DNA from: Yuukianura sp. NJ FZ-2021
Lineage: Eukaryota
Direction: 5' to 3'
DNA length: 64,000 nt
Assembly: GCA_046563655.1 (NCBI GenBank)
Contig: CM102283.1
Span: 1,488,001-1,552,000, forward strand
Within the stretch, counting starts at the first letter, position 1; the number at the start of each line of letters is the position of its first letter. The notes under the pieces were generated by a model. That model saw only the letters and a program-made list of their open reading frames with translations. It did not search any database and had not been told where the DNA came from. The position numbers and the translations under genes were made by a program. This document shows positions 44,647 through 59,334 of this stretch, piece by piece.

Positions 44647-47600
44647 TTATGGATTACACCTTCCATGGTACTCTTCAAGTTCTCGAATGACGTTGAGGTG
44701 CTCATCCATCTGAGCAGTGAGGCGCTCAACTTCAAGCCCAAGGTCAATTGCCCTCCGCTCATGCTCCAGAAACTCCGCCTCCATTTCTACTCAAAATTAA
44801 TAAAATATAATAACTAATTAGTTAAAGTAATTAAAATTATTTAACTCAAATGTACCTTGCAACTCTACTAGTTTCTGCTTGACGTTGTTCGCTAATCGAT
44901 TAGCCCGATTTTGCATCTCATCTTTCCCTCTCGCTCCCTCGAATCGTTTCAGTTTTTCGTCCAAAGCTTTGGATGCCGTATCGTAGTCGGCACTCAGCCT
45001 AAATAGTTGTATAAAATATGTTAATATATTATTATTTAAATATTATTTTAATATATTTATACACATCTTTATGTATAATTGTGACGTATTTTACTTGGCG
45101 GCCTTATCTTGTACTACACTGGCGTTTCTAAAGGCAGAATCTGATTCCTCTTTGGCTTGATTTCTGCGTCGGTCGTTTTGCAAATTTTTTTTCTGCAATT
45201 CCTCCAATCTTCCCTTCAATTTACTCACGTCTCTCAGGCCTTCATTGGCTTTCTTCTCTGCATCTTCCGTCTCACTTCCAATCTTAAACACATTTTCAAA
45301 AAAAAAAATCAAATTTTTAAAATTTGTGTTGTAATTTTTTTTGTGAAAGTTTGAATTTTTACCTGTTTGAGATATTCGTCCGCCTGAGCAATGTCCTCTC
45401 GTGCTTTTTCAATCGCCTCTTCTGCATTTTTCTGAGCCTCCTCTGCCATTTCGAGTTCACTTCTGACTTGAACGGCATCTTGCAGAACCTTGTTTGCTTC
45501 GGCACTAAAATTTTTAAAAATGAGTGTTAAAACTGAAATTCAAATTTTGGTTTTCTAAATCTCAGAATTTTAAAACATACGCAGCAGCAGTGGCGTGACG
45601 TTTTAACCCTTCAGCAGTTTGCAGATCCCCATAGGCTTCGTGATTGATTTGGTCAATGTTACTCAACTTCGTGATGCTCTCACGAATTCCTTCCGCCAAT
45701 TGGTCAATCTGAGCTGGTTGCAGAGTTATGTTTTGGCGTAACACCTAACATTAAGTTAAGTTAATTAACACTAAAATTAAGTTAATTAATTAGTTTAATT
45801 AGTGAGATTCATTAATACCTCTTCAGCCAGAGTTCGAATGTCAACGGGCGTCGCGTTGCTCTGATTCAAAAATTCTTGAATTTCATTTTCAAGTCCCTCG
45901 AGAGTCTTCTTCGTTTCTTCCGTAGCGTTGCTCACTTTCTCTGTGGTGTTAAACACGCTCTGAGCCAAGTCTTTGGCTTCATCCACCTCTTTCTTGGTTT
46001 GAATAACCTAAAATCACAGATTCGGAAAGTATTTTCAAAATTTTGAAACATTTTTTGAAAACTTACTGCTCGTAATAGCTCCTCTGCTTTGGCATCTTTG
46101 TTTTTGAGTTCAGCCAGAGCGTCTTCAGCATACTTCAGAGCCTGTTCTGCATTGGTTACTGCCCCTTCGCAAGAGATTCCACCACATTTGCCGCATCCAG
46201 CGCCGCCGCAGTGTGCGTCACAAGGATCTCCGCCTTTGTCACAAACAAGAGTGTTCAGTTCGGGGAAGTTGGCACTGATATTGGCCAGTCCAGCATCAAG
46301 TTTTCCTAGCGTAGCACTCAGTTCGTCTTGAGTCTTGTTTCGTTTGGGAGCAATTGAGCTCAGGAGTGCGTCGACGCGATTGCGTTGTGTTTCCGAGGCG
46401 CGAATTATTTTTTGAACGTCGTCAACCCGCCGAATGGCGTCGTCTGATTTTCGTTTTGCGTCTTTAGTGAGATTCAAAGCTCCTGTAAGGAAAAGGAAGA
46501 AAAAATATTAGAAAAAAAATTGGTATTTTGAAAGAAAATTTTTTTTTTTGAGATTTTAGAATTTTGGAAATACCTTCGACATTTGCTTCCTGGAGGTTGA
46601 TTGATCTTCCTTTGAGCGAATCTGCAGAAGCTTTGAGTGCTTCTGCCTTCTTCTCGAGTTCCGTCAGAGATACGTTTGTAAGCAAAACTTTTTGAGAGAC
46701 GGTTGCAAGTACGTCGCCAACGGAATCCAGAGAAGTTGTCAAGTTGGCAAATTCTTTCCTGAATTAAATAAGTTATTTTATTATTAATATATTTATTTAA
46801 TAATTAATTTTAATTAGTGTTTGGTTACTTTTTGGCGTCAATCAAGTCCTGAAGTTCTAAAAGATCGAAGCTGCTGAGATTTGAAGCCTGGATGAGACCT
46901 TTGACCTCGTCGATTCTGTTTTGCAAAACTTCAAATTGTCCGGAATATGCGCCAGTCGTTCCTTGTCGCTTAATTTCTGACGCTGCTGCTACCACAGCCA
47001 TCGTATCGCCTGAATAAAGTAAAAATAGATTTTAAAAAAGCTTTTGAAAATTTTTAAAAAGATTTCTGAAAAAGATTTTGAACTTTACGTTTGAGATCTC
47101 CGATGATACGATCCCAGTTGTCAAAACACTCTCCGCAGGCAGTACATTCTGGTGCAACACCAATGTTTCCGCGAGCACATTCTCCGCAACGATGACCTCC
47201 AATTCCACGGTTACAAATGCAACTTCCATTACTCCGGTCACATTGCATTGTCGCAGAGCCAATCGGATTACAGTCACAGGCTAAACAGTCAACAACAAAC
47301 TGATCAACACAAAATCTTCAACAATTTATATCGTTCAACGCTCTTTTCAAAAAGAAAGTGCTTTTTGAAGCCAGGATTTCTTAAATTTCTGAAAGTCGTA
47401 CCGTAACATTCCAATGAAGGGTCTCCCCAGAAATTGGTTTCGCATTCATCACATCTTGTTCCTCCAAAGCCTGGTTTACACTCACATTGTCCATCGTACT
47501 AAAGGAAAGTTATGAGGATGAAAATTCACTTAAAATCGAAATTTTGAAATCCATTTTCAAATTTTTACCAAATTGCATTGTGTGCTGGTTGAACCGACAG

Positions 47601-50600
47601 GGTCACAAGCACAAGGTTCACAGCCTTTTCCACTGGCAATTTTCCAGTGATTTTCTTTACAAGAGTTGCACTGCACTCCTTCCACGTTGGGCAAACAGAA
47701 GCACTGACCTGTCACCCTGTCACAAGTCGTTTTGTTTGGATCCGTGCCCAACATGTTACAAATGCATCCTAAAAATTACAAAATTTTCAAAATTTATGAA
47801 TTCACACTTTTCAAAATTCGACAATAACTGACGAGGAGAGGCTTTTTTGCAAAATAAATTATGTGACTAGTCACAAAAATTTCTTATAATTAAAGAAAAA
47901 TTTTGACACTAGTTTTGTTTCAAAGTGCGGAAAAAACGTTGTTATAGCCGTGGTTCGAATCCACATCGTGTTAACTTTTTTTCGCACTTCGAAACAAAAC
48001 TGGTGTCGAATTTTTTTTTAATTATAGGAAATTTTGGTGACTAGTCGAAAAATTTATTTTGAAAAATGTTTGAAAACCTCTCCTCGTGAGTTTTAAAAAA
48101 TTCTTACGTTGACATGTTTGTAAAACTGCGTCACCAAAGTAGCCGTCACGACATCTCTCACAGTTGAATCCATCAGTTTGAAATAAACACTGCAAACATT
48201 GACCTGACTTGCTGTCACAGTTGCCAGGTCGTGACATGTCAACATTGTTGTTACATGCACACAACGAACAGGCGCCGCCAGGAACCTCCGGATTCCCAAA
48301 GTAGTTTTCAGCACAGAGGTCACAACGTGCTCCTAGAAAATTTGGAAAAATAAAAATATTCAATATGTTTTCAAAAGCTGAGACAAAAGTTTTTCCAAGG
48401 TTCGTAGACAAGAAAAAACTTTTTCTACACGAGGTTGTCCAATAACGCGTAGTTTTAAAATTTGTTTGAAAGTAGGAAATCTACTTTTCAATGATAATTT
48501 TTTTGCGTGTATTGTGAATGGGATTGGTGTTAGAAGTTGTTTGAAGCAGTAATTTTGAAAACTCTGAATTATTGGACAACCTGTTGTAGGAAATACAATT
48601 CGGTTGTCAAAGAACCTTGTTTTTTTTATAAGCTTACCGCCATAACCTTCATTGCAATTACAAATGACGTCATTCGTGTGACGGTCCAATCCGCATCGAG
48701 ATGCAAACGAATGCTTTGGCACTGTGTCGTTTGTGCCTGGACATGGACAAGCTCTGCACGGAATGTCTACACCAATACGCGGATCTCCGTAAAATCCTTC
48801 CCCGCATCTAAAAATTCACTTTTCGAAATGTACATCCAAAATTCAAAATTTGAAAATTCAAAAATGTTTTGTATAAACCTATCACAGTAGGTTCCAGTGG
48901 CGTTGTTTTTGCAGCCAATGCATGTTCCAGTGTGATCGTCGCAGATATCAGCATGTCCGTTGCAAGAACACGGTTTGCAGTTCGGGAATCCCCAGAACCC
49001 TGGTTGGCACTTGTCACACTGCGGACCAAAAATATTGGCAACACACCGACATTGTCCTGATTCTTGACAAAAGTTATCCAGCGATCCAATTGGGTTACAC
49101 TCACAAGCTAAAACAAAAAATTTCAAGAAAAATTCAACTTTTCAAGAAAATTTTCTTAAGATTTTTTTTTTGAATTTTTGAAAAATAACTTACGTTTGCA
49201 CCCCTCCGGGCCAAATCCAGAAGTGCCAGGAGCACACCGACTGCAATCTCTTCCAACTACATTGGGTTTGCACTGACACTGACCTCCCAGAGTGTCACAA
49301 ATGGCACTTGTTGACCCCGTGGGACTACACCCACATTCCCTTGCTCCGTTGTACACAAAGTATCCAGAAGAAGTCAAAGTGGGTTTGCACTGTGGTGATT
49401 CATGCTTGATCACACTGAGCGCAGACTCTGCACAGCGGTAGTGGTCAAATTCACGCTTTCGATAGTCTGCCACTGGATCGCCGTGGAAAAATGGAAGATC
49501 ACCGGTTCTTGGTATAAGAGCAATCTGTTTCAAAAAGTAAAAGATTTTCAAAATTAAAAAAAAAATTTGTTCAAAAAATTTATGAGTTTCTTTTTAAAGT
49601 TTGAACTTACAGAGTCAATTAAAATTGGATTTGATGGACCGGGGTCTGACTCTTTCACGTCCAGTCGGACAGTGTACTTGGTTGAATTGTCAAGACAAAG
49701 TGGTGGGTGCATGATAGCGTGTCTCTCTTCTGTTATGAAAAGTTTCAAAAAAAAAAGAATCTTTTTTAGATTTTGAGAAGTCTAAAAAACTTTTTTTTTG
49801 AAAAAGTTTGCAATTACCGCTGCGTAGAAGCAATCTCGTGGCAGAGCTGGGAGGAATCGTGTTGGCGCATGGGCCGTTTGGATCCGGCGGATTGTCTTGC
49901 GTCACCAAAACTTCAATTTGGTGCCATCCTGGTTGCTATACACAAATTTCATATTAAAAACTAAAAATTTGAAACTTTTCGGTTCATGTTTTTGAAAATT
50001 TAGGTCTCACTTGTGGTTCATATCTGATTTCCAAATCGTATTCCATTGTTGTTGTAACATCGTCAATGACAAATTCCAAGTAGGAGTCGTCAAAGGCCCT
50101 TACAAATCCTGGACCGCTCCATGGTGACCCTCTTCCACCGCCATACGGTTCTCGAATTGCAACTTGACAATTCTGAAATTAAAAATTTCAAATTTTAGAA
50201 AAGTTTACTTTTATAAATTTTTGTAAAAAAGCAAACTTACAGGACTCGTCTTTGCAGCTTCTGCTTCAAACGTGTAAAAGTCCAGGGATGGAGCAAAAAA
50301 TGCTTGTTCAGGCGTACTGCAATTTCGACCGGTTACATGTGGACGACATCTGAAAAAATGAAAATAATTTGTACAAAATGTTCCACAATTTCATAAAAAG
50401 TTGCGTTCTTTTCTTTTCTCTGACTTTGATCATTTAAGAAAAAAACATACCTGCACTTCCCACTAAAAACGTCGCAATTGTTATCCAATGCACCTCCGAC
50501 GTCACAGTCACATTTTTTACATCCCTCTGGATCTTCTGATAAACCTGAAACAACAAAGCTAAGTTGAAAAGTGAAAGGTCACGTGGAATATAAAGGTCAA

Positions 50601-53600
50601 AGGTCAAGGTCACCAAAACTAAAAAGGTCAAGGTCACCAAGGTTACGAAAAATTTCACCTTACCCCAGTATCCAGGTAAGCACTGATTGCAATCGCGGCC
50701 TCCCACGAATGCTTTGCAAGTACAAGAGCCGGTCTGTATGTCACACCCCCGATTTCCCTCGGTGCCAAGAGTATTGCAAGTACAAGCTGAAATGTACAAA
50801 GCAATTTTTTGAAAAAACTTTTAAACAAGAAATGCTGCGAAATCAAAAGTTCGCATTCTACAAAACTTGTTTGTGTAACTTACGTCGACATCCTTCTGGA
50901 TTGTCTTCCTGAAGATCCCAGTATCCCGCAACACATGAGTCACATCTCTGTCCAGCTGCGTACAATTTGCAGTGACACGCCCCTGCAGCCGTGTTTTTCT
51001 CTAGATCAGCTTGCGGTTCACAAATTCCTTCGTCAAGCGATCCGCGTCCATCACAGTCACATCCTAAAAAGGTTAAAATTTTGAAAAAGTGGTAAAATTT
51101 TCATTCTTTTAGTAAATTAAGAAATGTTACAAAAAATTCCAAACTAATTTACGTTCACAAGCGTCTTCATCGGAAATTTCACGGTCTGGTCGAAGGTAAA
51201 AGAACTTTTGGCACTGCGAACATTTTGGGCCCATTGTATTGTGCATGCAATTTTCACAAAAACCGCCACTGACGTTGCCCGAGGCAGCGTACAACTGCTG
51301 GTCAAATTTGCACGAAGTTGCATGGTTGTTACAGTTGCATCCTGAATTTGTTAAGATTGAAAAAAATATAAAATTTTAGAAATTGTTGAATTTGTGAAAA
51401 TTACTTTTGCAAGCGTTGCTCTGTTTTCCAATTGCGGGTTTCCAGGGAACGTCAAAGTAGAAATCTTCGCACTCTCCGCAGTTGAGTCCTTTAGTGTGAT
51501 GCGTGCATTCACATTGACCATGGATCATGTTAGGGTCAACTTGGCCATAATGGGCGTACGGTCCAGGAAGACATCTTGACGCATGTCCATGACACGAACA
51601 TGATCCACGCACAACCATTTCGTAGATGGCGTAGTAATATTTTTCCTGAATTTCTTGCCGACGATCTAACAAATCGTCGCCTAATGTATGCAACTTGGTG
51701 AAATTTATTCTCAAGTTGGTCATTTTTAGTAAATCTTGAACTTCCTCGGCATAGGGATCTGGAATCAGCACATTCTGAGGTAGCACTCGAAAAATGACCT
51801 AAAATTAAATAAAAAGTTTTCAAAATTTTGAATTTCGTTTTTTTTAAAACCAAATTTTGAATTTTAGCACAAGTTACCTCTCCCTCTGAGGATGGCGAAA
51901 CGGCTGAATAGCGGGTTTCGCAAATTATGTCGTTGATAGAATTGTACTGTCCCTCGGAAACGTGCGGAAACGACTCTCGACAGTTGTAGGCAAAGTAGCG
52001 GTAGACCTTAGTTATAAATGACATATTTTAATATATGTAAATTAATATATTAATATATTAGTTTATTACAATATGTGTTACTTTACTTTCCAAGTTTTTC
52101 CAAAATCTGTAGATCTTTCTATCAACATCGCCGCCGGCCGGAAAGTTTTGAACGTGATGATCATGTGCGTAAAGTGAAATTGAGCTTCCAGATCTAACCG
52201 AATTGTGACATTCTCCACTCCGTTTTCGGACTGCCACCATGACCTCCGTTCTACCGGTGAACTACAAATTACATTTAAGATTTTGAAAAAAAAAGTTAAA
52301 ATTTCAGTTTTTTAAAAATGTTCTTTTGTCTATAAATGTTAGTTCATTTCAGTTTCCGACTGGTGGTGAGTTGTCACTTTGTAATAAAGAATGAATGGAG
52401 TTTAGTGATATTTGTTGAAATAAGAAAGGGCGTCTGTTCGATAACCCCTTCCGAAGTGTGTGTCAATGAAAGGATGAAACATTAAAGCTAGAAGTGTTGC
52501 TTTTGGATTCTAATTTAAAAGCTTAACTATAATATAGTTTGTGTGTCTTTTACCCTGGGTGATAGCGATGCAGAATATTTTCAATTCTGTGACTGAGTCC
52601 TGGGTTGTCTCGATGTCTTTCCCGAGAGTCACACCGGAAGCACTTCTTCTTGTCCTCCAAATGGGATATCACGCAGTAACGTTCCTTACCACAAAGAAAA
52701 TATAAAAATTTACGACTTTCAACATTTTTTTTTGTCTAAAAAAATTTTTTGAAATGAAAATTTTCAGTTTCTGTAATTCTGAAATCATTTTGTTTTGAAT
52801 TTACCTCTCCTCGTAAGCCGCAAGTGGAGGAAGTTGTAAGATTTGCTTCTCTGCCGATGAGTAGGTTTCCTGTCTGGGGGTAGCATGACCTCTGGTCGCA
52901 TGGGTGGGGTCTCGTGGGAAAACCGCCTATGATCCAAAAATTCAAAAATTTTATACATTTTTTCATGGTTTGAATTTTATGAAAAAGAGTTTGGGAAAGA
53001 CGAAAACAAAAAACTCAAATACTAAAAAACATTAAATGATGAATAACCCTGTTTTAATATATAAAAAATGGAATATATTGAAAACAATTTTTTGAAGTTG
53101 TCGGATTTTGATGAAAAATTGAGTGGTGTAAAAGACCTCTACGTGTGACATCGTTTTCATGAACAGGCGGGGAGAGAGGGTGATCTTCTTTGAAGTTTTC
53201 GAATTTGGTGACATTTTTGGAAGCGACTGGTGTCAGCTGAACCGAAGTTTTCATTGCATTTTGACGTAGGTTCGGTGACTTTTGAGTTCGATTTTGCTGC
53301 AGAACTTTTTCGGAGTAAATCCGAGAGTAGTTTCCGATTCCAAATTTTAGAGAAGCTGAACGTTGACCTTTGAGCTGGCGGTTTAGAAATCTGTCTCTGC
53401 GCCGAACGGCGGTAAAATCTGAACAGAAAACGTATTGGTTGATGACCTCAGTTTTAAACTTCACATGTTTGGTTTTAGTAAGGTCACCATCACCTCGCAT
53501 CAGTTGTAAAAAGTTAAAAGATCACCCGAAATTGTTAACATCTTCGCAGTAAATTAGAATTCTAACGAAGTTTGTTACTACAATGGTGATTTTAATATTA

Positions 53601-54229
53601 ATGATTAATAAGTTATTGTTTTTAAATAAAATTAGCACATATTATTTAAACTAAACTTCATAAATTAAATTGAGCTTAGAGTTACATTAAATTAAATTAG
53701 ACAGAAAGTTAGATGTGCGGCCAAATATTACAATTTATAGAATTTAAATTAGCTTCACGGCGAATTAGTTCTACTTGATAAGTAATGTTAAGCTTAGATT
53801 GAATTTAAGTATGATTACAAAAGTTTGTTAAGAGTTAGAGTTAAAATTTAAGCTAAAATTAAAAAAAATAATGCATTTACCTCTGGGTTTATTTCGGGGG
53901 TCATCGCCTTGTAATTCATCTTCTTCAGTATTCGCTAAACTACTGGAAACCACCAAAACTATAAAAATTCCTGCAAAAAATATTATCAATCCGTTATTTT
54001 ATGTTTTGCTTTAGTACAAATTTTCGGAGATAGGAAACTTTGAAATTTCAAAAATGAAATTGTCGTGCAGTTTTAGAAGGACTGCTCTCTTTTTTTTTGT
54101 AAAACCAAAAGCGATAGTGACTTGACCTGACGAATTGTTTTCACTTGTCAAACGGCTTCGAGAAAAAAAGAGTAAATAACTAGAAAAATATTCACCTGTG
54201 ACAACAATAGGAGTCCACCTGATCTCCAT
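44647..54229 (-). CDS. LanB1: Laminin subunit beta-1, many exons
   Basis: Signal peptide; LN domain ([35 protein letters not shown]); tandem LE repeats; domain IV; coiled coil with the beta-specific [11 protein letters not shown] knob. Confidence 0.95.
47831..48087. mobile_element. Palindromic MITE-like insertion in a LanB1 intron
   Basis: ACGAGGAGAGG...CCTCTCCTCGT termini, with imperfect inverted symmetry along most of the length. Confidence 0.65.
48396..48619. mobile_element. Second copy of the CAAGGTTC...GAACCTTG MITE, in a LanB1 intron
   Basis: Shares both ends with 14744-15027 (caaggttcgta..ctttttctac..tgtccaataac and tggacaacc..ttgtaggaaataca..ttgtcaa.gaaccttg). Confidence 0.65.
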
Positions 54230-55844
54230 GATTTACAGACTTCACGTAAATTCCGTAAATAACTCGTAAATCCGTAAATCCTAATGTGGTAACACCATGT
54301 TCCTAAAAATCTAGGTTGACTTGTCAAGGGGATGTTACATAGCCACTGCTGGAGTCCAAAGGAAGTTGAAATATTCTGGACGAGATCTCTGTGTTCTTAG
54401 CAAACACTGGATTAATCTTAAGAGGGGGGTTCACACTTTCAGTTTCTTTTGGACCACTTCCATTCTCAGCCTCTTCAACATCTTCAACCGCATATTCTTA
54501 AGATTCCCTTGCATCTTCTGCTTCATCTTCTCAAGATGCCTTGAGAGTTTTAAGATTTTCTTTAGTTTTTTCAACCACTTTGGTCTAATCTCACCCTCCA
54601 TTCAAAGTATAAGTTTCTGAGGATCCCTGCACTTGTAGCAACAAACACAATATCTTGAGGTCATTCTTCAAAAACAAATTCCATTTTTCCATTCCACCCC
54701 CACATGCCTTTTAACCTCCAGTTAAAATTTGTTCAACTTCAGTTAAAACTTTAAACCCACCCCCATGCACCCATATTTTCAAAAAAAAAATGCTGTAAAT
54801 TCTAAAGGGAGATTTTTTGTCAGAGAAATAACCTTCTGAATTAATCTGTTAAAACTTTAATTTTTCAGTCCACTATTCGGGTAATAAAACGATTTTATCA
54901 CCAAACTAAAAAGTTAAAACTTAAAAGTCACACTTCACCCCACTCCTCAACTTTCAGTTAAAACTTCAAACACACACACCCCAAATCGCTTTAACATCAG
55001 TTAAAACGCGGAACTCATCAGGAGATCACTTGACCTGCTAATAGCAGAACCTCAGTTAAAAGTTAAAAATGTATGTAACCAATTGCAATTTAGTAATTAA
55101 TAGTTTCACATTTAAGTATGGTTGTTGTTTTTCCCTTAACTCATAGTTATGTATAAGAGGGTGAGGGTAGTGACGCTAAGCTTGTGCGATGAGGTTGGAT
55201 TGTTGTTTATGTTTATGGCAATAGCAAATTTATGTCTGGCCTAAATCCATACTTTCCAGACGGATCCAGCTTTTACTACATGTGTTTTATGCAGTTTATT
55301 CGACATGTTCTGGACAAATGACGGACAACGACCTCAATTATTCAGTGGAACAAGTTGGAGGACGTGCTAATCGATACATCCAAGGTACACGGTTTTACAT
55401 TTTCCTTCTAAATTCTAGTAAAAACGTCAACGTCACGCCATCATCATCGTATTCGTAATTGTTGAATAATTTACGTTTTGCTTTGTTAAACAGGTTATTA
55501 AATTCTCAGGATCCATAACACGCAACATGGTACTAAACAAAATAACTATCAGCCAGTTCCTGGAATGGATACGGATACGGTAAAAGATAAGCTAATCACC
55601 GCAAAATCCTAAATAACTACTAGTAAGTACATGGCTTGGGATTTACAAAGAATTGGTTACTAACACATTAATCATAGATTGTTAAAAAGTGACGTTATTT
55701 CTATTCGAAAGTTCATTTGTTCACTCACTCAGGAAGGTGTAGGACGAGACACCCTGGAAGAAACTCAAGTCAACAGGTTACAGAACAATTAATTTGGCAT
55801 TTGGGAACGGATTTACCGATTAACCACGGATAAATCAAGTCATC

Positions 55845-57370
55845 ATGCCTTTCCGGTGTTTCAAGAAGAAAAGTGTTAGCCTAGTCGAGGAGGATCATAC
55901 GCCGGCAGAGGATCCTTTGAAGTACTTTTTCGTCATCACGACGATTTTTAATCCAGTGGGTTACAATTCTCGGTATGAACTGTACCATGACTTTGTTCAA
56001 CATATGACTGACACTGGAGCACAACTGATCACAATCGAGTGTATATTTCCAGAATTGGGTCAAACAGAGTTCAGGGTGACGTCACCTGACAATCCCAACC
56101 ATATTCAGCTGAAATCAAGATCAGTTTACTGGATGAAGGAAAACTTAATCAACATTGCGGTGTCGCGATTACCAGCACATGCGAAGTGGGTCTGCTGGCT
56201 GGATGCTGATATTCACTTCGAAGACAAGAATTGGATTCAGTTAGCAGTGGATGAATTGGCAAAATATACCGTCGTGCAGGTAATTCGACATAGTTGATAA
56301 CTAGTTTAGTTCACTATTTAACAGTTTTGACAGTTTTATTTATGCATCTTTGTTAATAGATTTTCAAGAAATGCAAGTTCTTGGGACCAAAGCCGGAAGC
56401 AAAGGTGCTACGGACAGATTATTCCTTTGGCTACTCCGTCGTGCGAGGAAAACCAATTGATCAGCAGCGTTACGACGAGTGGTATCCACATCCTGGATAT
56501 GGTTGGGCCATGCCACTACAAGCCTTTCACCTCATGAATGGACTGCCGGAGTATGACATCCTTGGATCAGCAGATCTGCATTTTGCATTTTCGCTCATCA
56601 ACAAAGTTTCAAATGCTGTGGAGAACAATCTCAATCCCAGATTCACCAATCTAATTCTTGGTCAATCTGCTGAGACCTACCGGATCCTATCCGAATTTGA
56701 CCGTCCCGGAGCTACCCAGTCAAATCGAGTCGGATTCGTTCCAGTCACGATTCGTCACAACTGGCACGGATCAAGGCAAGATCGTCAGTACGTCGATCGA
56801 TGGAAGATTCTGATTGCTCATCAGTTTGATTTTGAGAGGGACATGGAACGAACCTCAGATGGACTCCTGGCATTTGTACCAGGCAAAGAGGCACTTCAGA
56901 AGGACATTCTGGATCACTTTCGTTTACGTGACGAAGATGGGACTGAAATCGAGCCCAAGAGGAAACAAAGACTACGAGGAGACGAAGGCGACCACTACTG
57001 GCGGACACAGCAACAGCAGTTTGGCAGTTTGTCTCCGAGTCGTCGCCCTTTCCGCCGCTCCGGTGACGAATTGATTGTTGTTGCTGTTGCTACTGAGCCT
57101 TACCCACCTGATGAGCCCCCTCCGGATTATGACGATGATGGAAGGCCTTGTCCCTGTCCAGGAAATGGTGACGGACAACCGTGTCCATGTCCAGAAAACG
57201 ATGACAGAAAACCATGCTCCCAGCCAGAAACTGGAGACGGTGGTCCATATCCCGATGACTCGCCAGGCTATTACGAAACGACGTCAGCAGTGGCTGTTGC
57301 TGCAGCAGTCATTGGAGCAGGATATGTCGATGATTATCTTGGATCAGTTACTACGACGTCGTACTACTAA
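55845..57370 (+). CDS. Putative GT-A-fold glycosyltransferase-like protein with Pro/Asp/Cys-rich tail, 2 exons
   Basis: FNPVGYNSR, WMKENLIN, WLDADIHF (DxD), HPGYGWA, ILGSAD, HNWHG. Intron 56280-56359 joins VVQ|IFKKCKF. Confidence 0.6.
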
Positions 57371-57862
57371 TTCACAAATGCATCAGTTAATCTAAACTTA
57401 ATCAGTCACCAATTTATGGCTTTTATGGATCAAAAGAGGTCAAGAGGTCACAGAAGCTGTGTTCGCAAATTCAACATTTTTAGAATTTGGACGGAAGCGT
57501 CTACTTTTTTGCCAAAGCCGGATTGGGTCAGTTTTAATTTTATTCAGCACCTACCTATAGATTAACTTTGTTGCTGGGTTAATTAGGTTTAGGTTTAGGT
57601 TTGGCTGGGATTGCCATGTAGAAAGTACTATGTTTAGCTTATGTTTTGATTTCGCACTTGCGTGGTAGTACTAATTTGCAAAAATTGTGATTGGTTAACT
57701 TTTAAGAAATTATTTTAAACTGAAAGACTTAACTTATGTGATTTAAATTGCCTGAGATGGAATAAAGATTCGGAGAAACAAAAAAATATGTTTTCAGGAG
57801 ATTTCAAAAATATTTATTTTGAAATTTTTTAAACTTGAATTTTCACTTCTTCGTATGCTCGC

Positions 57863-58628
57863 CTAGGTGGCTTTCTCAACTACTGGCACGGCGTTTGGGC
57901 CTCCAGCGAGTATGATTTTGCCAACCTTCATTGAGTTCGACATGGTACAATCGGCAGCTTGTTTGACAGCGGCAAGCATCTTCATTGGATTCTGGAAGCA
58001 AGACGTTCAAAATATAATATATTTTTATAATTATTTTAATTGTATTTTAATTACAATTAATTCATTCTATGAATTAATTACCATAAGGTCAGAAAGTCCT
58101 CCACCTCCAAAAACGGGGACTCGGAGACATTCGCATTCGTACTGGGGACCATCATAGTCGCAGCATCCTGGAGCGCCTCCTTGAAGTCCACAAGCTTTAA
58201 AGCAGCCAAGGGGTCCTGTGAACCACCCTCTTTCACACGTAACCTGTACAAAGGTCAAAGGTCATTGACCTTTCGCTCAAGGGTCATAGACCCTCCGCTC
58301 AAGGATCATTGGCTTTTCGCTCAAAGGTCATTGACCTTTCGCTCAAGGGTTAATTACCTTTCGCTCAAGGCTCTTTCACTTTTCGCTCAAAGGTTAAGTA
58401 CCTTTCGCTCATGGATCATTGACCTTTCGCTTATGGGTCATTGACCTTTTGCTAGAAATTAAAACTTGACGTTGGTCAAGGACATACCGGTTGCAAAGGT
58501 GGCAGCTCTTCTGCTGCTGCTGGCTCTTCTTCGTCATCTTCGTATTCGTCGTCATCTGCTGCATCTTCGGCAAAAACGACTGCACAAACGCCGAAGAGAA
58601 ACATCAGCAAAACAAGATTTCGTTTCAT
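57863..58628 (-). CDS. Secreted defensin-like (CS-alpha/beta) peptide precursor, 3 exons
   Basis: Signal peptide, acidic propeptide, C..CFKAC..GCC..CEC core, and a third exon NPMKMLAAVKQAADCTMSNSMKVGKIILAGGPNAVPVVEKAT*. Eight Cys in the mature part. Confidence 0.65.
58255..58450. repeat. Intronic minisatellite, about 21-22 bp unit AAGGTCATTGACCTTTCGCTC
   Basis: About 8-9 degenerate copies visible. Confidence 0.85.
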
Positions 58629-59334
58629 CTTTTTTGGTTCAAAATTCGTTTTCGAAAAAAAAATTTCGTCTAAAATTTTAAAACAAAATTTAAATAATTG
58701 GAGATGAAGGTAGTTGTTCACATGCAACTCTACGTTTGAACGCAGTTGGAAATTTTGGATCCGTGTTAGATGCAATTGTGGAATCATCCTTAATTAAACC
58801 AAATCATAACTTTAACCACGGTTAATTAGCCAATCCAATCTATTTTTTAAATATATTTGTTTGTGGGTTGCCGCAATTTTTGAAACTAACCGCTTCTTAC
58901 CAGGAAATACTCCATGAAATCAATCATTTTTTTCCTCCTTTGACTGCAAAAAATGAAATTTTACGAGGCTGTTCAATTTGGTGTGCATAGCAAATCAAAA
59001 TGAAAATACAAATTTTCTTTTGAAGTGAAGCTGAAGTGGGCGATGCTTTTTAACAGAATTCTAACGTTCCGTCCAATTATTCTTAACGATTTCTTTGAAC
59101 ACTACTTCAGTGTCCATTGTTAAATCAAAATCAATACGAGAACTTTTTTTAGAAACAAAATTTTGGAAATTGGAGGTAAGCATTACAGATTCAAAACTTG
59201 AGCTGAAAAGGTCATCACAGCCAGAATCTGAAAGGGGAAGTTGTAGGAAAATCAAGGTCACAGTGTCAGAAGAGTCAGAGGTCAAGTGACTGTAGAGGTC
59301 GTAAGGTCACGAGGTTCTAGAGGTCACGAGGGCA

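Noticed and set aside
53032-53552. ORFs in the long LanB1 5' intron
   Set aside because: Low-complexity intronic sequence with non-ATG or weak starts and no motifs.
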